Source of the DNA: Candidatus Omnitrophota bacterium
GTDB taxonomy: Bacteria > Omnitrophota > Gorgyraeia > Pluralincolimonadales > CAZUZR01
NCBI GenBank assembly: GCA_043821025.1
Contig: JBDRDF010000022.1
Coordinates: 1 to 55,251, forward strand
Length of the DNA: 55,251 nt
Direction of reading: 5' to 3'
This document shows positions 39,539-48,600 of the stretch, in pieces. The first letter of the stretch is position 1. Each line of letters starts with the position of its first letter. The position numbers were made by a program, and so were the translations under genes. Below the pieces are notes generated by a model, which was not told the DNA's origin, ran no database searches, and was given only the letters and a program-made list of their open reading frames with translations.

Positions 39539-40699
39539 TTATTTTCCCATTCCAACTTTTTGAACTCGTTGGAATATTTTCCCCTCAGTTTGAATGGAAG
39601 GGGCTATTATTATTTCTGTCTTCTGAAATTCCTTTATGCTTTTCGCTCCAACAGAACCCATTGAGGTCTGAAGTGCGCCCATAAGATTTTGCGAACCATC
39701 ATCTAATCGCGCAGGCCCGAATAAAATCTCCTCCAAAGTACCAGTCGTTCCTACATGAATGCGTGTGCCTCTTGGCAGATTAGCGTGCGAGGTAGCCATG
39801 CCCCAATGATAACCTTTCCCCGGTGCTTCTTTTGCACGGGCGAAAGCAGAACCAACCATCACAGCATCCGCACCACAAGCAAAAACCTTGCAAATCTCTC
39901 CCCCAATTCGCATTCCGCCGTCGGTGATTATCGGCACATATTTTCCAGTCTTCTTATAAAAGAAATTTCGCGCAGCCGCACAATCGATTGTAGCCGTGAC
40001 CTGGGGCACGCCTATCCCCAAGACCCCTCTTGTCGTACATGCAGCACCAGGCCCAATTCCAACCAAAATCGCAGCAGGTCCTGTATCCATAAGTTCTAAC
40101 GCAACGTCGTATGTCACACAATTACCGATAATAACAGGGATCTTCATCATCCTGCAAAATTTATAAAAGTCGAGCGCTTTATATTCCTTCGAGATATGTT
40201 TAACGGTGCTGACAGTCGATTGGACGACGAAGATATCAGCGCCTGCGCTTTGGCCGATTTTTCCAAACCTCTCCGCGTGCTGCGGAATTGCGCTTACGAC
40301 AGCTGGCGCCCCAGCTTCTTTTATTTGTCGAATCCTCTTTTCTATTAACTTCTCTTTTATCGGCTTTAAATAAATGGATTGTATAATTTCCGTGGCTTTT
40401 TGAGGTGCAGCTTTGATTAACCTCTGTATTACTTCACCGGGATTGTCGTATCTGGTTTGAACGCCCTCTAAATTTAAGACAGCGATTCCACCGAGCTTTC
40501 CCATTGCCATTGTGAATTTAACATCTACTACGCCATCCATTGCTGCCGCTAGAATCGGGACCCTATATCTTTTCTTATCTATTTGCCAACTCGTATCAAC
40601 TTCAGCAGGATTAATCGTGACTTTACCCGGCACTAAGGCAATCTCATCAAAGCCGTAACAACGTCGTGCCTTTCTGTTAATGCCTATATACTCACCCAT
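39539..40699 (-). CDS. guaB3: GuaB3-family IMP dehydrogenase-related protein
   Basis: YGFDEIALVP, MDGV, GIGPGAACTTR-VLG-GVPQ and HWGMAT-LPRG-R motifs. TTGACA-17-TATCAT promoter at 40733-40761. Confidence 0.85.
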   Translation of the reverse strand: MGEYIGINRKARRCYGFDEIALVPGKVTINPAEVDTSWQIDKKRYRVPILAAAMDGVVDVKFTMAMGKLGGIAVLNLEGVQTRYDNPGEVIQRLIKAAPQKATEIIQSIYLKPIKEKLIEKRIRQIKEAGAPAVVSAIPQHAERFGKIGQSAGADIFVVQSTVSTVKHISKEYKALDFYKFCRMMKIPVIIGNCVTYDVALELMDTGPAAILVGIGPGAACTTRGVLGIGVPQVTATIDCAAARNFFYKKTGKYVPIITDGGMRIGGEICKVFACGADAVMVGSAFARAKEAPGKGYHWGMATSHANLPRGTRIHVGTTGTLEEILFGPARLDDGSQNLMGALQTSMGSVGAKSIKEFQKTEIIIAPSIQTEGKIFQRVQKVGMGK

Positions 40700-40776
40700 A
40701 AAGAAAGTATCCCCCTGTAAAATTTTAACTTAATGATACAAAAACGGCAATAAAATGTCAAGGAAAAGTATGATTT

Positions 40777-42229
40777 TGATGTTACAATGCTTAAATGTTA
40801 GTAATTATTACTAAGCTTAAATGTTAGTTTTTTGTAGTAGCCTCTCTGGTAAAATAAAGGCTTTAGAAGGAGGCTACTACTATGAAAGAACCAAAGGTTT
40901 TAGTAACCATGAAAGATATTCAAAGATATAGAATTATCCAAGATGTCCTAGAGAAAAAGCTTAAAGCTACCTCTGCCAGTCAAATCTTAGGTTTAAGCTA
41001 TATTCATCTTTTAAGGTTAAAGAAAAAAACCAAAGAACACGGTTTTCAGGGTATCCTAAGAAAGGGCCGAGAGGCACCTAATAAGATACCGGATAAATTA
41101 GCCAACAAAGTCGTTGATTTACGCAGAAGGTATTACCATGACTTCAATATTATGCATTTTAAGGACAAACTAAAAGAAATTCACAAACTCCATCTATCTT
41201 ATGAGACTCTCAGACAAATCTTGATTAAACATGGCCTACATATCCCTAAGAAAAGAAGAATTATTCATCGCATGCGCCGCAGGATGCCAAAAGCAGGGTT
41301 TTTAGTCCAGATGGATTCAAGTCAACACAGGTGGCTTGAACATATCAAAGAGCCGTGGTGGCTAATAGCTACAGTCGATGATGCTACAAATGAGGTAGCG
41401 TATGGTAGGTTCTTCCCTAAGGACACCCTCTTTGCCAATATGCATGTCTTAAGGCGCCTTATTGAGAGAAAGGGCATATTCTATTCGCTCTACGTCGATA
41501 AGGCGAGCCATTTTAAGACCACTCGTCATGGTGGACTTCATTATAATGTCGCCCAAGACCAAGAAGAGACCCAGATAGAACGCGCTTTAGAAGAATTGGG
41601 CATAAACATCATACCGGCCAACTCCCCTCAGGCCAAAGGCAGGATCGAGGTCACCTTTAGGCTATTCCAGGACCGCCTTATCAAGGAGATGAGACTCGCT
41701 GGCACCAAGAACTATGAGGAGGCAAATAGATTCCTCTTAGATAAATTCCTGCCTTGGTATAATTCAAGGTTCATACACGAGGCTGAATCGGCCTATATGC
41801 CTGTCCCTTGCGATAAGAAGCTGGATCTTATATTCTGTATTAAGAAAGAGCGAATTGTCAATAACGACAATACTGTCCAAATCTATGGGCAGATTATACA
41901 AATAATGCCTTCAAAGCTAAAAAGGACATTCGCGAAATCAAAGGTTGATGTATGCCTTCTAGAAGATAAGCGTATCTTCGTGCTGTATAAAGGCTCGGTT
42001 ATCACTGAAGCCAAGCTATCAAAGAATAATAAAGTAATCCAGAAAGAAAAGAAAATAGAAAAATTGCTTAATAACCGTGAATATGTCTTTGTTGTAACCA
42101 AGCCAAGATCTTATAAACCCCAGCCGGCGAATCATCCTTGGCATTCATTCAGATTAAAGGGCACCAAGTACTTTAAAAGATTAACATTTGAAAATAGTAA
42201 AAAATTAACATATTGACTTAGTAATAACA
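40777..42229 (+). mobile_element. Insertion sequence, IS1202/ISNCY-type (left end 40777 or 40780)
   Basis: Ends TG(A/T)...ACA. Left GCTTAAATGTTAGT repeats at 40789 and 40815; right TTAACAT repeats at 42181 and 42205. TTATTACTAAG (40805) is inverted as CTTAGTAATAA (42217). No identical target duplication. Confidence 0.8.
40882..42216 (+). CDS. DDE transposase (ISNCY/IS1202-like, rve core)
   Basis: N-terminal HTH, GFLVQMDSS-H-W, VDDAT, LYVDK, SPQAKGRIE-F-FQDRL, C-terminal P-HPW. Confidence 0.9.
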   Translation: MKEPKVLVTMKDIQRYRIIQDVLEKKLKATSASQILGLSYIHLLRLKKKTKEHGFQGILRKGREAPNKIPDKLANKVVDLRRRYYHDFNIMHFKDKLKEIHKLHLSYETLRQILIKHGLHIPKKRRIIHRMRRRMPKAGFLVQMDSSQHRWLEHIKEPWWLIATVDDATNEVAYGRFFPKDTLFANMHVLRRLIERKGIFYSLYVDKASHFKTTRHGGLHYNVAQDQEETQIERALEELGINIIPANSPQAKGRIEVTFRLFQDRLIKEMRLAGTKNYEEANRFLLDKFLPWYNSRFIHEAESAYMPVPCDKKLDLIFCIKKERIVNNDNTVQIYGQIIQIMPSKLKRTFAKSKVDVCLLEDKRIFVLYKGSVITEAKLSKNNKVIQKEKKIEKLLNNREYVFVVTKPRSYKPQPANHPWHSFRLKGTKYFKRLTFENSKKLTY

Positions 42230-42273
42230 GTCAATTATATTTTCCGCTTTGAAATTAAATATTTAATCACTTC

Positions 42274-42537
42274 GGCTTGTGTTTTCGCGGGAACGTTCGA
42301 TTTCCCCAGCGAGAAAATCTCACTCGGCTTCATCCTCGCTCGTCCCTTAAGTCAAATCTTGTAGGGACACCGTACTCGCTTAGGATGAAGTACGTCCCGC
42401 TAAAAAACACAAGCCTACGCTATTATATATCTACTCTGAAATTTAATGTCTTGCGCAGAGCCGGTTTATGACGCAGCCATATATTTATACCTTAAGCGAG
42501 TAATAAAGGAAGGACACAAGCTAAGACTTAAATTTCA
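42274..42537 (-). ncRNA. Candidate structured non-coding RNA or palindromic repeat element
   Basis: Nested inverted repeats 42274-42415 and 42437-42537, downstream of TTGACA-18-TAAATT (42544-42573). No credible ORF. Confidence 0.4.
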
Positions 42538-42592
42538 AGTTTAAATTTACCATAACTTAAGGAGGGTTGTCAATCGAGGAAAAGGCAAACCC

Positions 42593-43048
42593 TTAGCCTT
42601 TTGTGGCACTAAACAAGGAGGGATCTAACTCATAGAGGAGTTCTAATTCGTTGAGGATGCCATTTCCGTTTTCAACTTTTTCGATAGCGCTGCTTCCTTC
42701 GGCAAAAAACCCCTCAATTATCACCAATTCATTGACTAACTCCTCATCGGATAAGCCGGCAATGGAGGGCTGTTGAATGGTCTGATAATTTGTGAAAAAT
42801 AGAGTCACACCTATAATCAAGACAATCAGAAAAACCGAAACCACGGCAGGCCTAAGGGTGGGCTGGAAAAGTGCTCCAAAGATATCTTTTATCCTCTCGA
42901 CAAAAATAGAGCGCCTCTGGGATTTCCGTACATCGATAGCATCTAGTCTTAACCTTAATCCTTTATCGAACTCCTGCCAAAATTCCCTTGAAGGCCTTGG
43001 TATCCTATACCTCAAAACCAACTCAATAACTTTTTTATAAGTTAACAT
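42593..43048 (-). CDS. Putative membrane-anchored anti-sigma factor
   Basis: Follows the ECF sigma gene; P-P-FW-F...L motif; single TM. GGAGG RBS before ATG 43048. Confidence 0.65.
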   Translation of the reverse strand: MLTYKKVIELVLRYRIPRPSREFWQEFDKGLRLRLDAIDVRKSQRRSIFVERIKDIFGALFQPTLRPAVVSVFLIVLIIGVTLFFTNYQTIQQPSIAGLSDEELVNELVIIEGFFAEGSSAIEKVENGNGILNELELLYELDPSLFSATKG

Positions 43049-43050
43049 CT

Positions 43051-43650
43051 TTAATTCCCTCCCGCAGTCAATAAATAGGGTGATAACGACTTTTGTAAAT
43101 TTCGCATCGCACGAAAAAGATGTACCTTTACAGTAGACTCCCTGCAATTAAGTATCGCAGCGACTTCGCTTAACTTCAGACCTTGGATATGTTTTAGGAT
43201 AAAGGCCATCCTCTGTTTTTCGGACAACAAATTCATGGCTTCGTCGATCATTTGCTTTACCTCTTCGTTCAAAGTAGTTTCAAGGGGATTTGGCCTCTCA
43301 TCGGCGACCTCGATGTTTCTCTCTCCTTCGCCCTCCGCCATTTGCGGGCTTACAAAAACTCGCTTTACCGTTGTTCTCCTCCTTAAAAAATCTCTGCACA
43401 GGTTTACCAATATCCTATAAAACCAAGTGTAGAAATTTGAGCTACCCCTAAAATCTTTGATATTTACATAGGCCCTGACAAACGCATCCTGTAAAACATC
43501 CTTAGCATCCTCATAGTTGCCTACCATATTAAACGCGAGGGCGAACGCCTTCTCTTTATATTTATCAACAAGAGAATCAAATGCAGACCGCTCGCCCTTT
43601 TTTACTTTCTCTATCAGTTGAAGCTCTAACTCTACTTCATGACCCTGCAT
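43051..43650 (-). CDS. ECF RNA polymerase sigma factor (RpoE/SigW-like)
   Basis: AF-LV-KY, DA-D-QD-FV-AY, FRG-S-FYTW-YRI-N and TVK-L-RA motifs. Confidence 0.92.
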   Translation of the reverse strand: MQGHEVELELQLIEKVKKGERSAFDSLVDKYKEKAFALAFNMVGNYEDAKDVLQDAFVRAYVNIKDFRGSSNFYTWFYRILVNLCRDFLRRRTTVKRVFVSPQMAEGEGERNIEVADERPNPLETTLNEEVKQMIDEAMNLLSEKQRMAFILKHIQGLKLSEVAAILNCRESTVKVHLFRAMRNLQKSLSPYLLTAGGN

Positions 43651-43652
43651 TG

Positions 43653-44039
43653 TTATTGTGTAGTTTTCGGCAGTTCCTGTTTTAATCGCTCGAGTCCGGC
43701 CCCTAATCTATTTATCTGTTTCTGAATAATCTCTCTATATTTTTCTGGGTCTTCTTCCTTAAGTCGTGCCAACCTTTGTCGTATCATCTTTCCTCTCTGC
43801 TGAAGTACCCTCTTAAACTCTTCGGGGTTTTCGCGGTATAATTTCTTAAACCTCTCTATCTTCTCCGCCCTAGAAAGTTCTGGCGGGAAATCGGCGCGCA
43901 TCATTCCAGCTATTTGCCTTCTGCCTGGTTCCCATGTCTTTGAGCTTCCCTTGCCTACCGCATAGCCGATAAAGCCGGAAATTACCGCAACCGCAAGAAT
44001 CAAAACCCCAACCACAACCAACTGCTTATATCCTTTCAT
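43653..44039 (-). CDS. Small exported helical protein (Spy/CpxP-like accessory of ECF operon)
   Basis: N-terminal TM/signal, charged helical repeats (ENPEEF / EDPEKY), first gene of the ECF operon. Confidence 0.55.
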   Translation of the reverse strand: MKGYKQLVVVGVLILAVAVISGFIGYAVGKGSSKTWEPGRRQIAGMMRADFPPELSRAEKIERFKKLYRENPEEFKRVLQQRGKMIRQRLARLKEEDPEKYREIIQKQINRLGAGLERLKQELPKTTQ

Positions 44040-44064
44040 TTTATTTTCCCTCCTTCCACTACAT

Positions 44065-44093
44065 TAGACGAAACAGGACTTAAAAAGGTTTAC
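44065..44093 (-). promoter_or_regulatory. ECF-type autoregulatory promoter
   Basis: GTAAAC-17 nt-CGTCTA just upstream of the ECF operon; matches the AAC/CGT ECF consensus. Confidence 0.7.
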
Positions 44094-44141
44094 ACGATAT
44101 TTAAATAATTATACCCCATATCGGCAACAAAAGGAAAGGCC

Positions 44142-44170
44142 TTGAAAAAAACGACTTCATCGGTTATAAT
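44142..44170 (+). promoter_or_regulatory. Sigma70 promoter for the PpiD-like gene
   Basis: TTGAAA-17 nt-TATAAT. Confidence 0.75.
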
Positions 44171-44194
44171 ATGATAACTTTTTAGAGGTGGGAA

Positions 44195-45628
44195 ATGCTT
44201 AAGGCAATGCGGAAAAATACCAAGATATTTATGTGGCTTTTGATAATCGCCTTTGTCGTTTGGCTCGCTGCCGACGTAATCCTCACAAAACAGGGAACTA
44301 CATATGCAGGGATAATATTTGGGAAGAGAGTTTCCTTAAGCGAATATAAAAAAGCTTGGGAGGCAGTTAAAACCAAAGCCATCTTCACCTACGGCGACAA
44401 GGTCCAAGAAGTCGCAAAAAATTTAAACTTAGATGAAGAAGCGTGGGATAGACTAATCCTATTATATGAGGCGAGACGACAAAAAATCCAAACCAGCGAC
44501 AGTGAAGTAATAAGCTCTGTAAAAGATATTGCCATATTTAAGGATAAAAATGGCGAGTTCAACCAAGGCACATACGAACGTATTTTAAAATACTCCTTCG
44601 GGCTTACTCCACGAGATTTCGAGGAACAAGGCCGTGACGAACTTACGATAAAAAAGATGATAAATAAACAGAACGAAAAGGCCTCCTTAACCGATGAGGA
44701 AGTCTTAAAGGAATATAAATTGGCGAATGAGAAGGCAAATGCCTCTTACATCTTATTCGAAACCGAGAAATATTATTCACGAGTGAGCTGCACAGAAGAT
44801 GAATTAAAAGGATATTTTGAAAAGAACGCTCAAAAATTCACTATCTTAGAACAGGTAAACGTCGAATTTTTCGGCAAGAATTTTACGGACGAAACCGAAG
44901 AGACAAAAGAAAAGACCAAAAACCAGATACAAGGGATATCTGACGAAGTTTCAGAGAAAAAAGATTTCGAAGGGATCGCTAAAAAATATTCGATGCAGAT
45001 TAAAGAAACTGGCTTCTTTGGTAGCGAAGATAAAATTCCTGGCATCGGATGGGCATTTAACTTCGCAAACGTTGCGCTTTCTCTAAAGCCAGGAGAGATA
45101 AGCTATCCGATAGTAACGAAAGGTGGAGTATACATATTAAAGGTTAAAGCAAAAAAGCAAGCACGACCAGCCAAATTTGAAGAAGTTAAAGAAAGAGTGG
45201 AAAAAACTTTGAGGACTGAAAAAGCAGAAAATGAGGCATTGCTGAAAGCTAAAGAAGTTCTTTCGATTATAAAAACTAGGGTCGAAAAGAAAGATAAATT
45301 CGAAGATATAATAAAGGAGTTGTCTCTGACCGCTAAGGAAACCGATGCCTTTACGCGTAATACTTACATTGAGGGATTAGGTGTAGTGAAGGAATTTACA
45401 GATGCGGCTTTTTTACTGAAAGAGGGCGAGATTTACAACGAACCCGTCAAAGTCCACAATGGATGCGCCATCTTAAAACTAAGTGCCTTCATACCTATAG
45501 ATGAAAATAAATATAAAGAAGAAAAAGATAAATTCAAGGAACAACTTTTAACGCAAAAAAGATATCTCAACCTTCTAACATGGTTTTATGACTTAAGAGA
45601 ACGCGCTAAACTGAAAGTTATAAAATAG
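44195..45628 (+). CDS. SurA/PpiD-like periplasmic chaperone (parvulin domain)
   Basis: ML-MRK N-terminus with TM, SurA-N-like region, F-IAKKYS, L-PGEIS-P-T-G-I motifs. Confidence 0.8.
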   Translation: MLKAMRKNTKIFMWLLIIAFVVWLAADVILTKQGTTYAGIIFGKRVSLSEYKKAWEAVKTKAIFTYGDKVQEVAKNLNLDEEAWDRLILLYEARRQKIQTSDSEVISSVKDIAIFKDKNGEFNQGTYERILKYSFGLTPRDFEEQGRDELTIKKMINKQNEKASLTDEEVLKEYKLANEKANASYILFETEKYYSRVSCTEDELKGYFEKNAQKFTILEQVNVEFFGKNFTDETEETKEKTKNQIQGISDEVSEKKDFEGIAKKYSMQIKETGFFGSEDKIPGIGWAFNFANVALSLKPGEISYPIVTKGGVYILKVKAKKQARPAKFEEVKERVEKTLRTEKAENEALLKAKEVLSIIKTRVEKKDKFEDIIKELSLTAKETDAFTRNTYIEGLGVVKEFTDAAFLLKEGEIYNEPVKVHNGCAILKLSAFIPIDENKYKEEKDKFKEQLLTQKRYLNLLTWFYDLRERAKLKVIK

Positions 45629-45675
45629 GGACGGTTCTAATTATTTGCGCTTAAAATTAGAACCGTCCCTATTTT
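45622..45675. terminator. Bidirectional terminator formed by a 21-bp perfect inverted repeat (CGTC-type REP-like)
   Basis: AAAATAGGGACGGTTCTAATT / AATTAGAACCGTCCCTATTTT between convergent genes. Confidence 0.8.
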
Positions 45676-45682
45676 TTTCTAT

Positions 45683-48600
45683 TTAATAGACTGTTATCGT
45701 CGTCTCAGGACCGATAGGGTAGCCGCTTGTATTGTAATTGAACGTATCGTCCAATCCATAACGCTCATTATATGGATTAGTTGCGGTGCTTGGATAAATG
45801 TACGCAGACCAAAGATAATTCGAGCCCGAAGGTGTGGTGGAAGGTACTGTTATACCAAACCTTCCGCTGCCTGTCGACCTGCTTAATCTATACGTCGCTT
45901 GAGCACATATGGCTCCTGTATAAGCGTTCTGTAAAATAAGCTTCATCTTTGCTGGAACCTGAGGTAAATTCTCCCACTCGATTGGAACAGAGACAACTTT
46001 CCCCTTTTTTATGTTCTTGGGGAATGTCGATAATTCTACCTTTAGTCGCGGCGCAAAATAGAGTTTTACTTCAATGTCGTTTGTACCGGCTACACCCGTA
46101 AACCACGTGCTCCACTGATATTTACCGCCTTTGGTTGAAGACTTATAATCATTATAAGCAGGATTGTAATCCGGCACCCATCCAAAGTATTGAATTGCCT
46201 CTTTTAAGCCGGTTACCGACTGTGTCATCGACCAATAAGTCTCTTCAGATGTGCCGTCTCCGTTGTCGCCTTTTTCTTTAAAGACGAGGTTAAGCGTGTA
46301 AGTTGCGCCACTTGTATTATACGCTTCCCAAACATCCCAACTCCTTCCTGCGTGGACGTAACTTGATGTTCCAATAATCTGGACACCCGGTCCTGAGACC
46401 GCTATATTGTCATATCCGGGGTCGTTCAAGCTCGTATAGAACCCCTTCTGGTTTGTCCACGGATCAAACGCCTCCCACGGATAGACATAACCTAACCAGT
46501 AAAGATTGTCTGCGGTGAGACACTGCGACTGCAGATTCACAGTCAAGGTTGCGCTATCAGTTCCTTTTATCGTCCAGTGTTCTGTTTCGTTGACAACTAA
46601 ATCTCCGTCGTTGGGATCAGTAGTTGGATATTTAAGTTGCCACTTTATCTTATAAATTTCCCTGTTAGACCATTCATCCGTGTGTTGTGAGATAGCTTTG
46701 AAATTGTCGGTTAATTGATTAAACCTATCAATTCCGAAATTGAAAACAAATGCCTTGCTACCGTTTGGGCCATATTTGTTGCTGATCAAAGCGGGTGCAG
46801 TGCGAGAGCCATTTTTAATAGTCGCGATTGCCTTACCAGTGGTTAAGGAAGTCCAAGCTCGAGCATAAGTTGAGGAATTAATTGAGATAGTTTCCTCATT
46901 AGAATAGTCCTTAGTAATATAATGAGAGTTGTCGGTTATAGTAAGATATTTTAGGGCTGAGATATATCTATTGCCAGTTCCCGCTCCAAATATCTTCTCG
47001 ATCCTTCCTCTTCCGTTTGTGCCATCGGGTTTTCTAAAGCCGACGCTTCCATCAGTAGAGATAACCGTAAACAAGCCACTCTCCAAATATTTAATTAAGT
47101 TTGTGCATTCGTTGTCATTCATAACATAAACGGATGGCAAGATAACCGTCGAATAGAATTCCTTCAAATAACCCCAGTTCAAATCCAACGGCCTTCCGTC
47201 AGTGCCCTTATCAGTGTCGGTCAAAATGTAATAACCTTTTGCAGGCTCCCAAATCCCAAGCTCTGCTTTCTGATAACCAAGGTTTTCAAGCCACGCGCAT
47301 ACTTCATTAAACCTTGTATAATGAGTCGAATCGTAAGCCTGTGTCTTGCTTGATTTATATACCAAAACCCTACCCGGAAATGCCTCTTCTCTAAATAGAG
47401 GCGTTACCTCCCAAGAGAGATACTCGGGTAAGTTCTCCCAATTAATATTGATATCGGAAGTTGAACCTTGGGCTAAAGAAGTTGGAAGCGTAGTCGGCTT
47501 TATGCCCCACAAAAGTTGCGTCTCATGCGTATTTTGCACAACCTTTGTGCCCGAGGAATCGAGGTATGCCTCGAAATAATATTTGCCACCCTCAGGAGTC
47601 GATTTATATCCTGAATCGGCGAAATTTGCATCTGGGATAAAGACCCAAAGTTCTCGTTCGCCAGCGCCTGTAACGGAAATAGCGTCAGCAGAAGCGTAAA
47701 CTTTAGTTGAATCTCTGAAATCCACATCCAAATTATAAGTTGCGCCTTGTGTATCATACCAAACCTTGACAGGATAACTATTATTCCCTAAAGGATGAAT
47801 TGTTGAGCGAATATCCAAAATCCTAACTCTCTTTACAGGCGCTCCAGCGTAAGCATAAAGTAGTTGATGGTCGTCGGCTGCCAAAGTGATTGAAATAATT
47901 CCGTCGCTATTTGTTTCAATTATGCCGCCTTTAGTCAAATTCTCGACGGTCTTTCCGTTTATCAAGCTGGTTGTCAACGTTACCGTCTGGCTTGCATCGT
48001 TTCTGTAATTTTTAAATGAAATTAATATCGAACCATCTTTAGTTGTACGATAATCTGCCAAAACGTATTGTGAACCTGTAAGATTTAGAGTCGGTTGTAT
48101 TCCGAACCCGGTCAAGAATATGGCTTTTAACCAATCGTAATGTTTCGCCCAGGGGATTATATCCGGACTTCCATTTCCATCTCCATCCGGACTTATATCT
48201 CCTAAGCTAAATGTTGTTATCGCGGCTTTCGATGTGCCATTATTTTTTATCACTAACGCCGGTTTCCCGTTAGAGTGCGTGGCATAAACCGTGCCTGTAG
48301 TAGGAACGGTTTGGTTGCTGTATTTCCAAACACGGAAAGTATCTACTCTGCCGCTCGTCAGCGGAGAAAGATTTTGTGTTACATTTACATTGATTGGAAC
48401 AAAATTAATTCCGTATTGTTCGTTCCTAACTGGGTCGTCGTAACCAGAGGCATTGGTGGCATCTATGCCAAAGATTTCTTTTACTTCACTTACAAAATCG
48501 TTTAACGGTTTTACGTGATAGTCCTGCATTCCAGGTAAATCCGCGTCGGCATAAACGTGAACTCCGGCAGGAATAACGTTGGTGCGAATAAAATTTAAAT

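Noticed and set aside
42277-42471. 64-aa plus-strand ORF downstream of the transposase
   Set aside because: TTG start without an RBS, inside the nested inverted repeats.
42455-42500. GUAUAA...AUAUGG resembling a purine riboswitch near guaB3
   Set aside because: Lacks the P2 stem and the GUUUCUACC/CCGUAAA core.
42249-42537. TGAAATT(A/T)AA motifs as CRISPR repeats
   Set aside because: Only three short copies, one inverted, irregular spacing, and no cas genes in the window.
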